A stretch of DNA of 64,000 nucleotides from an uncultured Desulfobacteraceae bacterium (GCA_964418945.1 CAYQNR010000005.1:5771-69770), one strand, 5' to 3'. Positions 35,794-45,828 are shown, counted from the first letter of the stretch. Made by a program: numbers and translations. The notes: generated by a model from the sequence alone, not told the origin.

Positions 35794-37254
35794 ATGTCAG
35801 ACCATTATGATGTCCTTATTATCGGGGCGGGCGTAGTCGGAAACGCCATAGCTCGGGAATTATCACGCTACAGACTGAAAATAGCCGTTGTTGAAAGAGA
35901 GCAGGATGTAGGAATGGGGAGCAGTTCCCGTAACAGCGGGGTGCTTCATTCCGGTATCAATTATAAACCCGGTACCCTGCGGGCAATGCTTGATGTGCAG
36001 GGCAATTCGCTTATGGAGGGATTGTGCCGTGAACTGAAGGTCAAAATAGATTATATCGGCAAGCTGACCATAGCCCAAGACAAGGATGATATTAAGACCC
36101 TGCAAAGGCTTAAGGAGCAGGGAGAGGCAAACGGCGTTCCCGGCCTTGAAATACTTAATGCCGATCAGATGAGGAAAAAACAGCCCGACGTAGGGGGTAT
36201 CGCAGCCCTCTGGTCACCTACTAGCGGTATAATCTGTCCTTATGGTCTAACCATCGCCCTTGCTGAGAATGCGTTTATGAACGGTGTGAGATTTTTCCTG
36301 GGCCATGAGGTCACCTCGATACAAAGGAAAGAAGAAGGGTTTCTGGTCAATACCGGCAATGGGCACAGATTTACTACCACCATTCTGATAAACGCGGCAG
36401 GTCTTTTCTCAGACCGTGTCTGCAGGATGTTGGGGATAAATGAATACAGGATTTACCCGTGCAGGGGGGAATACCTTATCCTTGACAAAAGGCTTAAAGG
36501 GAGCCTCTCCGTTCTGGTATATCCGGCGCCGAAGGAAAATATGCCCGGTCTGGGAATCCATCTTACCAACACGGTTGACGGCAATATCCTGATAGGCCCC
36601 AGCAACGAATATATAGATGACCACGATGACTGCGCCTCCACGTCGAATATAATGGCACTGCTTAGAAAGGAGGGCCATGAACTCCTCCCCATGCTTTCCA
36701 CTTCCGATTTTATACGCAGTTTCTCAGGCTTGAGAGCGAAGCAGACATCCCCGGAAGAAAAAGGGTATAAGGATTTTGTGATTGAGAGTCGTAAAGATGT
36801 GCCAGGATTTATCAACCTGGTAGGCATAGAGAGCCCGGGTCTGACATGCGCCCCGGCTATCGGCCTAATGATAAAAGATATGGTTGCAGAGAGGATTGCG
36901 CTGGAGGAAAAGAAATCGTTTATTTCTGAACGACCTGGAAGACTTGGAATGTTTTCGGAATTGCCGGCCGAAGAGAGGGCCGATCTAGCGTCACAGGATC
37001 CTGATTACGGAGAGATAGTGTGCCGTTGCGAGCAGGTGACAAAAAGGGAAATCCTGGAAGCCATTCAGAACCCTTTGGGCTGCAAAACTATCGCCGGAAT
37101 AAGGTACAGGGCAAGGGCAACGATGGGCCGATGCCAGGGCGGATTCTGTCTTCCCAGGATAGTGGAGATACTGGAAAAAGATTTCGGGTACAGGCTGGAA
37201 GATTTTATTTTGAACAGGCCGGAATCGAGGCTTTTTACAGGGAGGGCGAGATAA
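35794..37254 (+). CDS. FAD-dependent oxidoreductase (GlpA/LhgO-like) with a C-terminal BFD-like [2Fe-2S] domain
   Basis: Motifs: YDVLIIGAGVVGNAIARELS and the C-terminal CRCEQVTKREILEAI...MGRCQGGFC. Confidence 0.85.
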   Translation: MSDHYDVLIIGAGVVGNAIARELSRYRLKIAVVEREQDVGMGSSSRNSGVLHSGINYKPGTLRAMLDVQGNSLMEGLCRELKVKIDYIGKLTIAQDKDDIKTLQRLKEQGEANGVPGLEILNADQMRKKQPDVGGIAALWSPTSGIICPYGLTIALAENAFMNGVRFFLGHEVTSIQRKEEGFLVNTGNGHRFTTTILINAAGLFSDRVCRMLGINEYRIYPCRGEYLILDKRLKGSLSVLVYPAPKENMPGLGIHLTNTVDGNILIGPSNEYIDDHDDCASTSNIMALLRKEGHELLPMLSTSDFIRSFSGLRAKQTSPEEKGYKDFVIESRKDVPGFINLVGIESPGLTCAPAIGLMIKDMVAERIALEEKKSFISERPGRLGMFSELPAEERADLASQDPDYGEIVCRCEQVTKREILEAIQNPLGCKTIAGIRYRARATMGRCQGGFCLPRIVEILEKDFGYRLEDFILNRPESRLFTGRAR

Positions 37255-37271
37255 TTGAGTGGAGAGATTTT

Positions 37272-38513
37272 ATGCAGACTTTGAAACACGACCTGGTGGT
37301 TATAGGCGGCGGCCCTGCTGGCCTTGCCGCTGCAATAGCGGCAAAGGAAGCCGGATGCGATGACGTCCTTTTAATCGAACGGGATAGAAGGCTGGGGGGT
37401 ATCCTGAACCAGTGCATCCATGATGGATTCGGATTGCATAGATTCGGCAAGGCCCTTACCGGCCCGGAATACGCACAGCATTTCATCGACAGATTAGATG
37501 CGCTGGCTATCCAGAGGATGCTAGGAACCATTGTTCTCTCCATGGAGGGGGGACATGTCCTTCATATAAGCTCCAAAACGGGATTTAGAAGGATAAGTGC
37601 GGGCGCAGTGATACTCGGCATGGGATGCAGGGAGAGGACCGCAGGCGCGATTTGCCTACCGGGCACCAGGCCGGCAGGGATATATACGGCGGGAGCGGCG
37701 CAGACCTTTATTAATCTGCAAAATATCATGATTGGGAAAAGGATTGTTATCCTGGGTTCCGGCGATATAGGCCTGATAATGGCCAGAAGACTGACCTTGG
37801 AAGGCGCTGAAGTAGAGGCTGTTTTCGAGATATTACCCTATGCCAGCGGGTTGCCCAGAAATATACAACAGTGTCTGAATGACTATGGAATCCCCCTCTA
37901 TTTAAGTACTTCCGTGATAGACATACATGGTAAAGAAAGAGTGACAGGAGTCACCGTAGCCGAAATAGGGCCTGACAGAAGACCTGTTCCGGGCACGGAA
38001 AGACATGTAGCATGCGACACTCTCCTGTTATCGGTAGGCCTGATACCGGAAAATGAGTTGACAAGGGGCGCGGACATCTTAATAGAATCGAGGACCAGTG
38101 GGGCTTATGTTGATGATGCATTCATGACCAGCAGACCGGGCGTATTTTCCTGCGGCAATGTGCTGCATGTACATGATCTGGTTGATTATGTCTCTGAAGA
38201 GGCTGAAACGGTCGGTCGGAACACCGCGGCCTTTTTGAAGGGCGATATGAGGCCGGCCGAATCACATATCGATATCAAGCCCGGAAACGGCGTGGGATAT
38301 GTACTGCCCCAGAGGGTAGGTGGGGAAAAAGACTTTGTGCTTTCCCTTCGTGTGAGCGAGCCTTTCCGGAATAGAGCTGTTCTAGTCCGGGAGGGGAAAA
38401 GAAAGGTAAAAAGAAAAAAGATGGTTCGCCTGCATCCGGCGGAGATGATTCGAATGAATGTTAAGGTCGATAAAATTCAGGATGCCATGTCACTGGAGGT
38501 CTCCGTGGAATGA
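37272..38513 (+). CDS. NAD(P)/FAD-dependent (pyridine nucleotide-disulfide family) oxidoreductase
   Basis: The ATG at 37272 gives MQTLKHDLVVIGGGPAGLAAAIAAKEAG. A second GxGxxG is present (VILGSGDIGLIMA). The longer track ORF from 37020 overlaps the upstream gene. Confidence 0.85.
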   Translation: MQTLKHDLVVIGGGPAGLAAAIAAKEAGCDDVLLIERDRRLGGILNQCIHDGFGLHRFGKALTGPEYAQHFIDRLDALAIQRMLGTIVLSMEGGHVLHISSKTGFRRISAGAVILGMGCRERTAGAICLPGTRPAGIYTAGAAQTFINLQNIMIGKRIVILGSGDIGLIMARRLTLEGAEVEAVFEILPYASGLPRNIQQCLNDYGIPLYLSTSVIDIHGKERVTGVTVAEIGPDRRPVPGTERHVACDTLLLSVGLIPENELTRGADILIESRTSGAYVDDAFMTSRPGVFSCGNVLHVHDLVDYVSEEAETVGRNTAAFLKGDMRPAESHIDIKPGNGVGYVLPQRVGGEKDFVLSLRVSEPFRNRAVLVREGKRKVKRKKMVRLHPAEMIRMNVKVDKIQDAMSLEVSVE

Positions 38514-38887
38514 GCAAAAAGGAACTGACATGTGTTTTATGCCCCAATGGATGCCGGTTGGAGGTTGAGATTGAAGAGGGGCAACAGATTATTATAAAGG
38601 ATGTCAGCGGTAATCTGTGCGAAAAAGGGGTTGAATGGGCCAGGCAGGAGATAGTCAATCCTATGAGGACCATTTCCAGTAGTATATTAGTGGAAAAAGG
38701 CGAACTTCCATTGGTGAGTGTGAGGACGGAGACCCCGATACCTCTTAAGAATATATTTGATGTTATGAAGGAGATCAAGGCCTTCAGGGTGAAGGCCCCT
38801 GTCAACATAGGGGATATAATAATAGAGGAGGTTGCGGGTCTTTCCTGCAACATAATTGCAACGAGAAACGTCCGAAAAATATCCTAA
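38510..38887 (+). CDS. DUF1667 domain protein
   Basis: ELTCVLCPNGCRLEV...GNLCEKG. The start overlaps the upstream stop (ATGA). This is the usual third member of the flavoprotein trio. Confidence 0.8.
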   Translation: MSKKELTCVLCPNGCRLEVEIEEGQQIIIKDVSGNLCEKGVEWARQEIVNPMRTISSSILVEKGELPLVSVRTETPIPLKNIFDVMKEIKAFRVKAPVNIGDIIIEEVAGLSCNIIATRNVRKIS

Positions 38888-39017
38888 CAGCTTACCCCTA
38901 TCAAAGCAAGTCTGATAGAGGATGAAAGGGGAGGGGGTATAAGAAGATGGAGGCGTTTTTGTTAGAAAGATTTAGTATTCATATATTCTCTGAGATGAAA
39001 GAAAAGCGTTTAAATCT

Positions 39018-40391
39018 ATGGATAAAAATCCCAGTGTGCTTGATGATGATCGAATAGGCAAGTTATTGCTCAAGCTGGCCTTTCCGGCATTTATAGGTAT
39101 ATTTGTTACCGCCCTTTATAATATTGTAGACACCTTTTTTATCGGGAGATTTGTGGGTTCCCTGGGAATTGCCGGGATATCCATTGTTTTTCCGGTTCAA
39201 ATGTTTTGCATGGGAATCGGTTTGATGTTCGGGGTGGGCGGCGCATCTCTTATATCAAGGTCTATAGGAGCCGGGAATATAGACAAGGCCGAACGCGCTC
39301 TCGGGAATGCCATATTCTCCATTGTGGTACTGTTGATCATTTTGATAATAGTCGCACTGTCAAATGAAGATTCCCTGTTGAGTATGATGGGTGCGTCGGA
39401 AAAGGTCCTCCCCTATTCCAGGGACTACTTTACTATTATTCTTTTCGGACTCCCCTTTCAGACACTGGCCATGGCCACGAATGGTCTTATAATGTCGGAA
39501 GGAAACGGCCGTGTCGCGATGGCAGGGACGACTATAGGCGCCTTCTCCAATATCTTTTTTGATCTGGTGTTTATCGTGTTGTTGGATATGGGAGTTAGGG
39601 GGGCCGCTATCGGCACCTTAATAGCACAGCTTCTGGCGGTCTCGTTTTTGCTCGGCTATTATTATCTCGGCAAGAGTTTCATCAACATCCGCTTGAATAG
39701 CCTGATTATTAAATGGGATATATTCAGAGAAATCCTTGCCGTGGGTTCCTCGTCGTTTCTGACCGTAGGTGCCTCGAGTCTGTCCATATTGTTTATAAAC
39801 AGGATGCTTGTTGCCTACGGTGGTGATATCGCTGTATCCGCCTATGGAATAGTCAATCGGCTGATGATCTTCGTAGCCATGCCTGGGATTTCCGTGGGCC
39901 AGGGGCTCCAGCCGATACTGGGATTTAATTACGGTGTGGGGCGATATGACCGAGCGCTCAAGCTTATAAAAATTGTACTGATTACTATGACTTGCTTTGG
40001 TCTTGCCTTATTCGGGCTTCTTTTCTTTAATCCTGGGTTTATCGTTCGTATCTTTACAACTGAAAAGGATCTTATCGTCATGACCAATTACGCTGCCAAG
40101 TTCGTGTTTTCCTCTGTCTTTTTTACAGGATTCATCATCTCCGGCATATCCATGTTCCAGGCTTTGGGAAAGGCTAAAACAGCTTTCATTATTACCCTGA
40201 GACCGGTAATATTCCTGTTACCCCTAATAGTTATACTGCCGAGGTTCTTTCATTTGGAAGGTGTATTTCTGGCTTGGCCTCTTACGGAGATCCTTGGTTT
40301 TATCCTTGCTATGAGTATGGTTATACCCCAGATAATGGAGTTTAGAGGCTTGGCAAGATCCGAGCTCGACCAACCTATGGAACATATATAA
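39018..40391 (+). CDS. MATE-family efflux transporter
   Basis: The protein is about 12 TM helices, with LLKLAFPAFIGIFVTALYNIVDTFFIGRFVG typical of a MATE N-terminus. Confidence 0.85.
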   Translation: MDKNPSVLDDDRIGKLLLKLAFPAFIGIFVTALYNIVDTFFIGRFVGSLGIAGISIVFPVQMFCMGIGLMFGVGGASLISRSIGAGNIDKAERALGNAIFSIVVLLIILIIVALSNEDSLLSMMGASEKVLPYSRDYFTIILFGLPFQTLAMATNGLIMSEGNGRVAMAGTTIGAFSNIFFDLVFIVLLDMGVRGAAIGTLIAQLLAVSFLLGYYYLGKSFINIRLNSLIIKWDIFREILAVGSSSFLTVGASSLSILFINRMLVAYGGDIAVSAYGIVNRLMIFVAMPGISVGQGLQPILGFNYGVGRYDRALKLIKIVLITMTCFGLALFGLLFFNPGFIVRIFTTEKDLIVMTNYAAKFVFSSVFFTGFIISGISMFQALGKAKTAFIITLRPVIFLLPLIVILPRFFHLEGVFLAWPLTEILGFILAMSMVIPQIMEFRGLARSELDQPMEHI

Positions 40392-40429
40392 TAATAATTG
40401 TTGTCCAAAAACAGATTTGCAAAACCCTA

Positions 40430-40632
40430 GGTCACGGGTGTTCTTTTCAAGACGACATCTCCAAAAGGATCCCACCCAAGGTATGCAGTGGGCTGATTTT
40501 CAAGGGTTTGCTCCACCAGGACACCATGTAGAATGTACCATTGCGAACAGGAAAAGGCTTGCCAAACCCCTGAAAATAAGACCACGTCCACTGAACGCCA
40601 TAGATGTCGTCTTGAAAAGAATGGCCGTGAGC
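40430..40632. mobile_element. Palindromic MITE-like element, copy 1 (~203 bp)
   Basis: The ~31-bp terminal inverted repeats are GGTCACGGGTGTTCTTTTCAAGACGACATCT and AGATGTCGTCTTGAAAAGAATGGCCGTGAGC. The interior is also self-complementary (TTTTCAAGGGTTTGC / GCCAAACCCCTGAAAA). Confidence 0.6.
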
Positions 40633-40842
40633 GGAGGGCTGTCCCTTTTCTTAGTTCCGTATCTCCCGGGCTGGTCATTTCAAGAGGTTACGGCCGTGGG
40701 ATGCCTACCCCCTCCGCTGTTCCCCTCGGTTCCCTTCGGGGCCAGGGGGTCCCCCACCCGTAACCCCCTGAAATAACAGCGCCCTCCCGATAGTTACTCC
40801 AAAAAGGAACAGCCCTTCGCCGCAGTGCCAAGCCTTACCTGA

Positions 40843-41047
40843 GGTCACGGCTGTTCTTGGAAAGACGACATCTCAAAAAGAATTCCACCCAAGGCATGCA
40901 GTGGGCTTATTTTCAAGGGTTTGCTCCACCAGAACCCCTGGCAGAATATGCCGTTGCCACCAGGAAAAGGTTTGCCAAACCCTTGAAAATAAGACCACGT
41001 CCACGGAATACTATAGATGTCGTATTGAAAAGAACAGGTGTGACCGG
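40843..41047. mobile_element. Palindromic MITE-like element, copy 2 (~205 bp)
   Basis: It has the same architecture and orientation as 40430..40632. The two copies differ mostly in the central ~35 nt. Confidence 0.6.
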
Positions 41048-41084
41048 ATATTAGCGATACCTTTATGCAGCCATGATATTTCTT

Positions 41085-41128
41085 GGTTCATCCGATTAAT
41101 GAGTATATAAAGAAGTAAAAGATTAAAC
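41085..41128. repeat. Solo 'left-end' unit of the GGTTCATCCGGTTAATGAG repeat family
   Basis: GGTTCATCCGATTAATGAGTATATAAAGAAGTAAAAGATTAAAC matches 46282..46326. Confidence 0.6.
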
Positions 41129-41130
41129 GT

Positions 41131-41174
41131 TATCCGCCTTCGCAGAAGACCAAGGGTTTACCCGTGGGGCTCCA
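41131..41174. repeat. ~44-bp dispersed repeat, copy 2
   Basis: TATCCGCCTTCGCAGAAGACCAAGGGTTTACCCGTGGGGCTCCAT; compare 35533..35577. Confidence 0.6.
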
Positions 41175-41386
41175 TTTGAAACAACCTTGCCTTTGGCCGA
41201 ACACCTAATCTTGATGATTATCCACATAGGGTTCGAGGACTCCATGATTCAAGGGTTGATCGACCCCTGAAGGGACTTGTAATGTTGATAGATATCAGAT
41301 AATATCGGCGTAAACCTCGCAGACATCGGATCCTAATTATTTAAAGCGCTGGCTGGTGATAATTGTGTAAAAAGGTAAAGAAAAAT

Positions 41387-42325
41387 ATGCCAATCGATCC
41401 AAAGGCCGAATATGTACTGAAAAAAATGGGGGACATGGGAATGAAACCCGTGTCGGGCATGTCTCCTGAAAAGGCGAGACAAATGATTCTGAACTCGATG
41501 CGGGAGACCGGCCCTCCCAGACCTGTGGCGTCAGTCGCTGACCGTATGATTCCCGGTCCTGCAGGAGATATAATGATACGTGTCTATTCGCCTAATGGAA
41601 CAGGTCCTTTTCCTCTTGTTGTATTTTTTCATGGGGGAGGTTTCGTACTGGGCGATCTTAATACCCATGACCCGATATGTCGTGAGCTTTGTGACGGCAC
41701 GGGCTGTGTGGTGATGTCGGTGGAATACCGGCTGGCTCCGGAGAATAAGTTTCCTGCCGCGACAGATGATGCCTTGGCAGCGACCCGATGGGCGGCCGAA
41801 CACGCCTCTCATATGGGGGCAGATCCGGAACGCATGGCGGTTGCCGGTGATAGCGCCGGAGGCACCCTGTCCGCCGTGACTGCGCTGCGAATCCGTGATC
41901 AAGGGGGCCCTTCCCTTTGCGGTCAGCTATTGATATATCCTGCTACCGATTTCTACAAGCCAGGCACCCCTTCACTTAGGGAAAATTCGGGGTATTTTAT
42001 TACTATTGAAGATATGGAATGGTTCATAGGTCACTACCTTAATGACGAGTCCGAGGCTGATAATCCCTACGCATTCCCCATGCGCGCCGAGGATTTATCA
42101 AACCTGCCGCCGGCCCTTGTGATCACCGGTGAGTGCGACCCCCTGCGCGATGAGGGTGAGATGTATGCAGCACGTCTGAAATCGGCAGCTGTTCCGGTCA
42201 GGCTCACTCGTTATGAAGGCATGATTCATGGCTTTTTCAATTTTGTCGGTCTCCTTGATCAGTCCCGCGAAGCTATGTCCGAAGCGTGTTCATGGTTGAA
42301 AGATGTATTTTCAGTCAAAACTTGA
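41387..42325 (+). CDS. Alpha/beta hydrolase, hormone-sensitive-lipase (family IV) esterase
   Basis: Oxyanion HGGGF, nucleophile GDSAGG, and the acid/His region DPLRDEG...IHGF. The ATG at 41387 is preferred over the TTG at 41363. Confidence 0.85.
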   Translation: MPIDPKAEYVLKKMGDMGMKPVSGMSPEKARQMILNSMRETGPPRPVASVADRMIPGPAGDIMIRVYSPNGTGPFPLVVFFHGGGFVLGDLNTHDPICRELCDGTGCVVMSVEYRLAPENKFPAATDDALAATRWAAEHASHMGADPERMAVAGDSAGGTLSAVTALRIRDQGGPSLCGQLLIYPATDFYKPGTPSLRENSGYFITIEDMEWFIGHYLNDESEADNPYAFPMRAEDLSNLPPALVITGECDPLRDEGEMYAARLKSAAVPVRLTRYEGMIHGFFNFVGLLDQSREAMSEACSWLKDVFSVKT

Positions 42326-42422
42326 GTTAACAGAAACCATGCCCGGTTGGAATCTTTGCTTATAAGATATCAACAAGAAAGTTGCGTGTTAGGGGGATGA
42401 GCTTCCATCATGGCGGAGGAAA

Positions 42423-42902
42423 ATGAAGATAGAATATACACAGATAGGGATCATCCACTCGCCATTTATTGGACGCGAAGACATGCCGATCCAGCCGAGC
42501 GGCGCCATAGGGGTAAAAGGAACAGTTGAGGTTTTCGAGGCTTTCCGTCCCGGGCTCAGGGATCTTGACGGCTTTTCACATGTTATCCTGCTGTATCACT
42601 TCCACCGAAGCCGTTCACCCAAACCCCGTGTCGTGCCCTTTATGGATTCGGAGCCCCGGGGACTATTTGCCACCCGTGCTCCCAACCGTCCGAACCCCAT
42701 AGGCATCTCCGTGGTCCAACTGGACAGGATAGAACAGGGCGTGTTGTATATCCGGAACGTAGACATACTGGAGGGCACTCCACTTCTGGACATCAAGCCT
42801 TATGTCCCTGAATTTGGCGACCAGGTGGAAATACGCACAGGGTGGCTTGAAAAGGCCAAGGGAATCGTCTCGGGCAGAAAATCAGATGATAGGTTCAAAT
42901 AG
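42423..42902 (+). CDS. trmO: tRNA (t6A37-N6)-methyltransferase TrmO (TsaA/YaeB family)
   Basis: Motifs: IGIIHSPF, FSHVILLYHFH, RPNPIGISVVQL and GTPLLDIKPY. Confidence 0.85.
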   Translation: MKIEYTQIGIIHSPFIGREDMPIQPSGAIGVKGTVEVFEAFRPGLRDLDGFSHVILLYHFHRSRSPKPRVVPFMDSEPRGLFATRAPNRPNPIGISVVQLDRIEQGVLYIRNVDILEGTPLLDIKPYVPEFGDQVEIRTGWLEKAKGIVSGRKSDDRFK

Positions 42903-42945
42903 AAGCGGCGCCAGGCTCGTGCAGGAGGGCAGGGGATAAGCGTGT

Positions 42946-45630
42946 TCAATGGGCCTCATCCCAGTTCCTCCCGCTGTGGATATCGACCTTTAAAGGGACC
43001 TCCAGTTCGTGAACTTCCTCCATCTCCTTTTTGATAACAGGAGTGATTATATCCACCTCGTCTTCAGGCACTTCAAAGAGCAGTTCATCGTGGACTTGCA
43101 GGATCATCTTGCTTCTGAAGCCCTCTTTTTGTATTCTCAAGTGGATGTTTATCATGGCCTTTTTGATAAGGTCGGCGGCGGTTCCCTGAATGGGCGTGTT
43201 AACTGCTACGCGCTCGGCCTCTGAACGGAGCCTGTTATTTTCACTCTTGATATCCGGCAGATATCTCCTTCTGTTAAACAGGGTCGTAGTGTAACCTTTT
43301 TCCAGGGCAATCTTTGTCATCTCTTCCCTGTATCTTGCTACTCCCTCGTATCTTTTATAATAGGAGTCAATATATTCTTTAGCGGTACTGGTATCTATAC
43401 CCAGCTCATCACTCAGCTTGCGATACCCCATGCCATATATGATTCCGAAGTTAATGGCCTTTGCTATCCTGCGCATATCGCTTGTTATATCGTCCATGGG
43501 GACACCCAGGAGCTCGGAGGCGGTGCGGGAATGGATGTCTTCCCCTTGTCTGAATGCCTCGATAAGGGTCTTATCTCCGGAGTAATGGGCAAATATTCTC
43601 AATTCCACCTGGCTGTAGTCCGCCGAGACAAAAAGATGACCGCTTTCTGCCACAAAGCCCTTTCGTGTCTCCCTTCCCTCTTTCCCCCTTATGGGGATGT
43701 TTTGGAGATTGGGGTTGCTACTGCTGAGGCGACCGGTTGCAGTTACGGTCTGATTAAAGGAGGTATGTATCCTGCCTGTTGAGGGATTTATCATTTTTAT
43801 CAGGGCGTCCAGATATGTGGACTTGAGTTTGGACAGGGTCCGATACTTCAGGATAAGCTTTGGTATAACAAAGTCGGATAGGGCCAGCTTATTAAGCACC
43901 CTTACATCTGTGGAGAGGGATTTAGTCCGGGAAGTTTTTCTCTGGCCTGGCAGCCGGAGCTTTTCAAAGAGGACAAAACCCAGTTGCCGGGGAGAGTTTA
44001 TGTTGAATTCCATGCCTGCTTCTTCAAAGATCTTCTTTTGTGTTTCATTAATCTTTTTAGCAAAACGCTCCGACATCTCCTTAAAGAACGGGACGTTGAT
44101 CTTTATCCCTGTAAATTCCATTTCCTTCAGCACCGGCAACAGCCTCATTTCCAGGTTATAAAAAAGGTCCTTATTCATATCCTCCTCAAGCTTTTGATCC
44201 AGGATAGACATCAGTCTTAAAGTGATATCCGCGTCTTCGCAGGAATATACCCTTGCCAGATCCACATCGACTCCGGAGAAATTCTCCTCGGCCTTTCCCT
44301 TCCTCACGACATGGTGGTAAGGAATCATTTTATGGTTCAAGTAATGCCCGGCGAGATAGTCGAGGTTATGCTGTCTGAGTCCGGGATTAATGACATAGGA
44401 AGCGATCATAGTGTCAAAATGGATACCATTGAGGTTTATCCCATGGTGTTTGAGGACAAGGGCATCGTATTTTATGTTCTGCCCCACCTTACTGATCCTG
44501 CCGTCTTCCAGGACACTTTTGAGTATTTCAAGAACCATTTCGATATTTAACTGCTGGGGCGCTCCAAGATACACATGACCCATGGGGATATAAAAGGCCT
44601 GCCCTTCGCTCAGGGAGAATGATATCCCGACCAGTTTAGCCTGGTGTGGGTCGATGCTGGTGGTTTCGGTATCCATGGAGACCATGCCCTTGCTTTTAAT
44701 CATATCTACCAATTCCAGGACATCCTCCTTGGAAATGCACAGCCTGTAGTCCTCATCAATATTATCCTGACGCTGAGCAAATTGATCCCATAGCCCTTTG
44801 AATTCCATCTCCCTGAAAATCTCGGACAGTTCATCCCTTCTCGGTGTCCCTACCTTCAACCGTTCTATATCCTCATTAAGGGGTACGTGTCTTTCAATGG
44901 TAACAAGTTTCTTGCTCAGCACGGCGTCCTGATAAGATTTTTGCAGATTTTCCTTCAGTTTCTTTTTATTTATCTCATCCAGGTTCTGATAGACATTTTC
45001 AAGGGTCCCGAAATCTTTTATAAGGGAGGCGGCGGTCTTTTCTCCTACTCCGGGAACTCCCGGTATGTTATCCGAACTGTCACCGGCTAGTCCCATCAGG
45101 TCCACCATCTGGCCTGGTTCGATCCCGTATTCCTGGATTAAGGTGTCGTAGTCCGTGTATTTGTCTTTCATCGTATCCCACAGAGACGTCTTGTGGGATA
45201 CCACCTGCCTGAAGTCTTTATCACCGGTCACGATTACTACATTGTAATCCCTTTCTTCTGCCACTCTTGCCAGTGTGCCTATGATGTCATCCGCTTCATA
45301 TCCCGGCTTTTCAAAAATGTTGATACTTAGGCCCTGAACAATTTTATTGATATAGGGTAATTGCTCCACCAGTTCTTCGGGCATGGGGGGTCTTGTAGCT
45401 TTATAGTCCTTATATATCTTGTGTCTGAAGGTGGGTTCTTTGCTGTCAAGGACAACCGCAAGGTATTCAGGCTTTTTTTCCTCGAATAGTCTGAGCAGCA
45501 TCTTGGTGAAGCCGAATATGGCGTTTGTTCTCAATCCCCGTGAATTTGAGAGTGTGGTTATGGCATGATAGGCACGGTGGATATAAGAATTTCCGTCCAA
45601 CAGGTAAATGGTTTTTACCGTATTGGTCAT
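42946..45630 (-). CDS. polA: DNA polymerase I
   Basis: A 5'-nuclease N-terminus (LLDGNSYIHRAYHA) is followed by a 3'-5' exo-like region. Pol motifs: DYSQVELRI, RRIAKAINFGIIYG and QVHDELLFE. Confidence 0.95.
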   Translation of the reverse strand: MTNTVKTIYLLDGNSYIHRAYHAITTLSNSRGLRTNAIFGFTKMLLRLFEEKKPEYLAVVLDSKEPTFRHKIYKDYKATRPPMPEELVEQLPYINKIVQGLSINIFEKPGYEADDIIGTLARVAEERDYNVVIVTGDKDFRQVVSHKTSLWDTMKDKYTDYDTLIQEYGIEPGQMVDLMGLAGDSSDNIPGVPGVGEKTAASLIKDFGTLENVYQNLDEINKKKLKENLQKSYQDAVLSKKLVTIERHVPLNEDIERLKVGTPRRDELSEIFREMEFKGLWDQFAQRQDNIDEDYRLCISKEDVLELVDMIKSKGMVSMDTETTSIDPHQAKLVGISFSLSEGQAFYIPMGHVYLGAPQQLNIEMVLEILKSVLEDGRISKVGQNIKYDALVLKHHGINLNGIHFDTMIASYVINPGLRQHNLDYLAGHYLNHKMIPYHHVVRKGKAEENFSGVDVDLARVYSCEDADITLRLMSILDQKLEEDMNKDLFYNLEMRLLPVLKEMEFTGIKINVPFFKEMSERFAKKINETQKKIFEEAGMEFNINSPRQLGFVLFEKLRLPGQRKTSRTKSLSTDVRVLNKLALSDFVIPKLILKYRTLSKLKSTYLDALIKMINPSTGRIHTSFNQTVTATGRLSSSNPNLQNIPIRGKEGRETRKGFVAESGHLFVSADYSQVELRIFAHYSGDKTLIEAFRQGEDIHSRTASELLGVPMDDITSDMRRIAKAINFGIIYGMGYRKLSDELGIDTSTAKEYIDSYYKRYEGVARYREEMTKIALEKGYTTTLFNRRRYLPDIKSENNRLRSEAERVAVNTPIQGTAADLIKKAMINIHLRIQKEGFRSKMILQVHDELLFEVPEDEVDIITPVIKKEMEEVHELEVPLKVDIHSGRNWDEAH

Positions 45631-45828
45631 AGGTATTGGCCTTTCCAAAATGATTTGATAATAGGAACCTTATATCACTAAATTGATAATCCTGTAAACA
45701 TCTAAGAGAGGGATAGTCCTTTAATGATTCTAGTCTGCTGATGGGATCCAAAAATTCTCCTGATACAGGGTAGATGTTCAATTAATAGATATTTTCAGGA
45801 TTGGGCAGACACCAACTCCAGGGGCAGG

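Noticed and set aside
38888-39017. A riboswitch or leader upstream of the MATE transporter (hairpin CTATCAAAGCAAGTCTGATAG followed by a GGGGAGGGGG run).
   Set aside because: It does not match fluoride or guanidine riboswitch consensus features that I can recall. The hairpin is more simply a terminator-like structure after DUF1667. Its partial resemblance to the AAGCAAGT leader motif is too short to count.
40430-41047. Possible CRISPR array or tandem satellite.
   Set aside because: There are only two units. They are ~205 bp long and internally palindromic, with a 210-bp non-repeated spacer and no cas genes. This is not CRISPR architecture.
40417-41110. ORFs of 65-119 aa across the palindromic elements. 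Two of them give similar peptides (RRHLQKDPTQGMQWADFQGFAPP...).
   Set aside because: The similarity follows from DNA repetition. The ORFs exist on both strands of a palindrome, and there is no RBS or coding periodicity. They are treated as MITE-like DNA. The same reasoning applies to 46330..46551 and 48377..48601.
41218-41226. A perfect DnaA-box 9-mer, TTATCCACA, in an intergenic region.
   Set aside because: It is a single isolated occurrence. Roughly one such match is expected by chance in 64 kb on two strands. There is no cluster and no adjacent AT-rich unwinding element.
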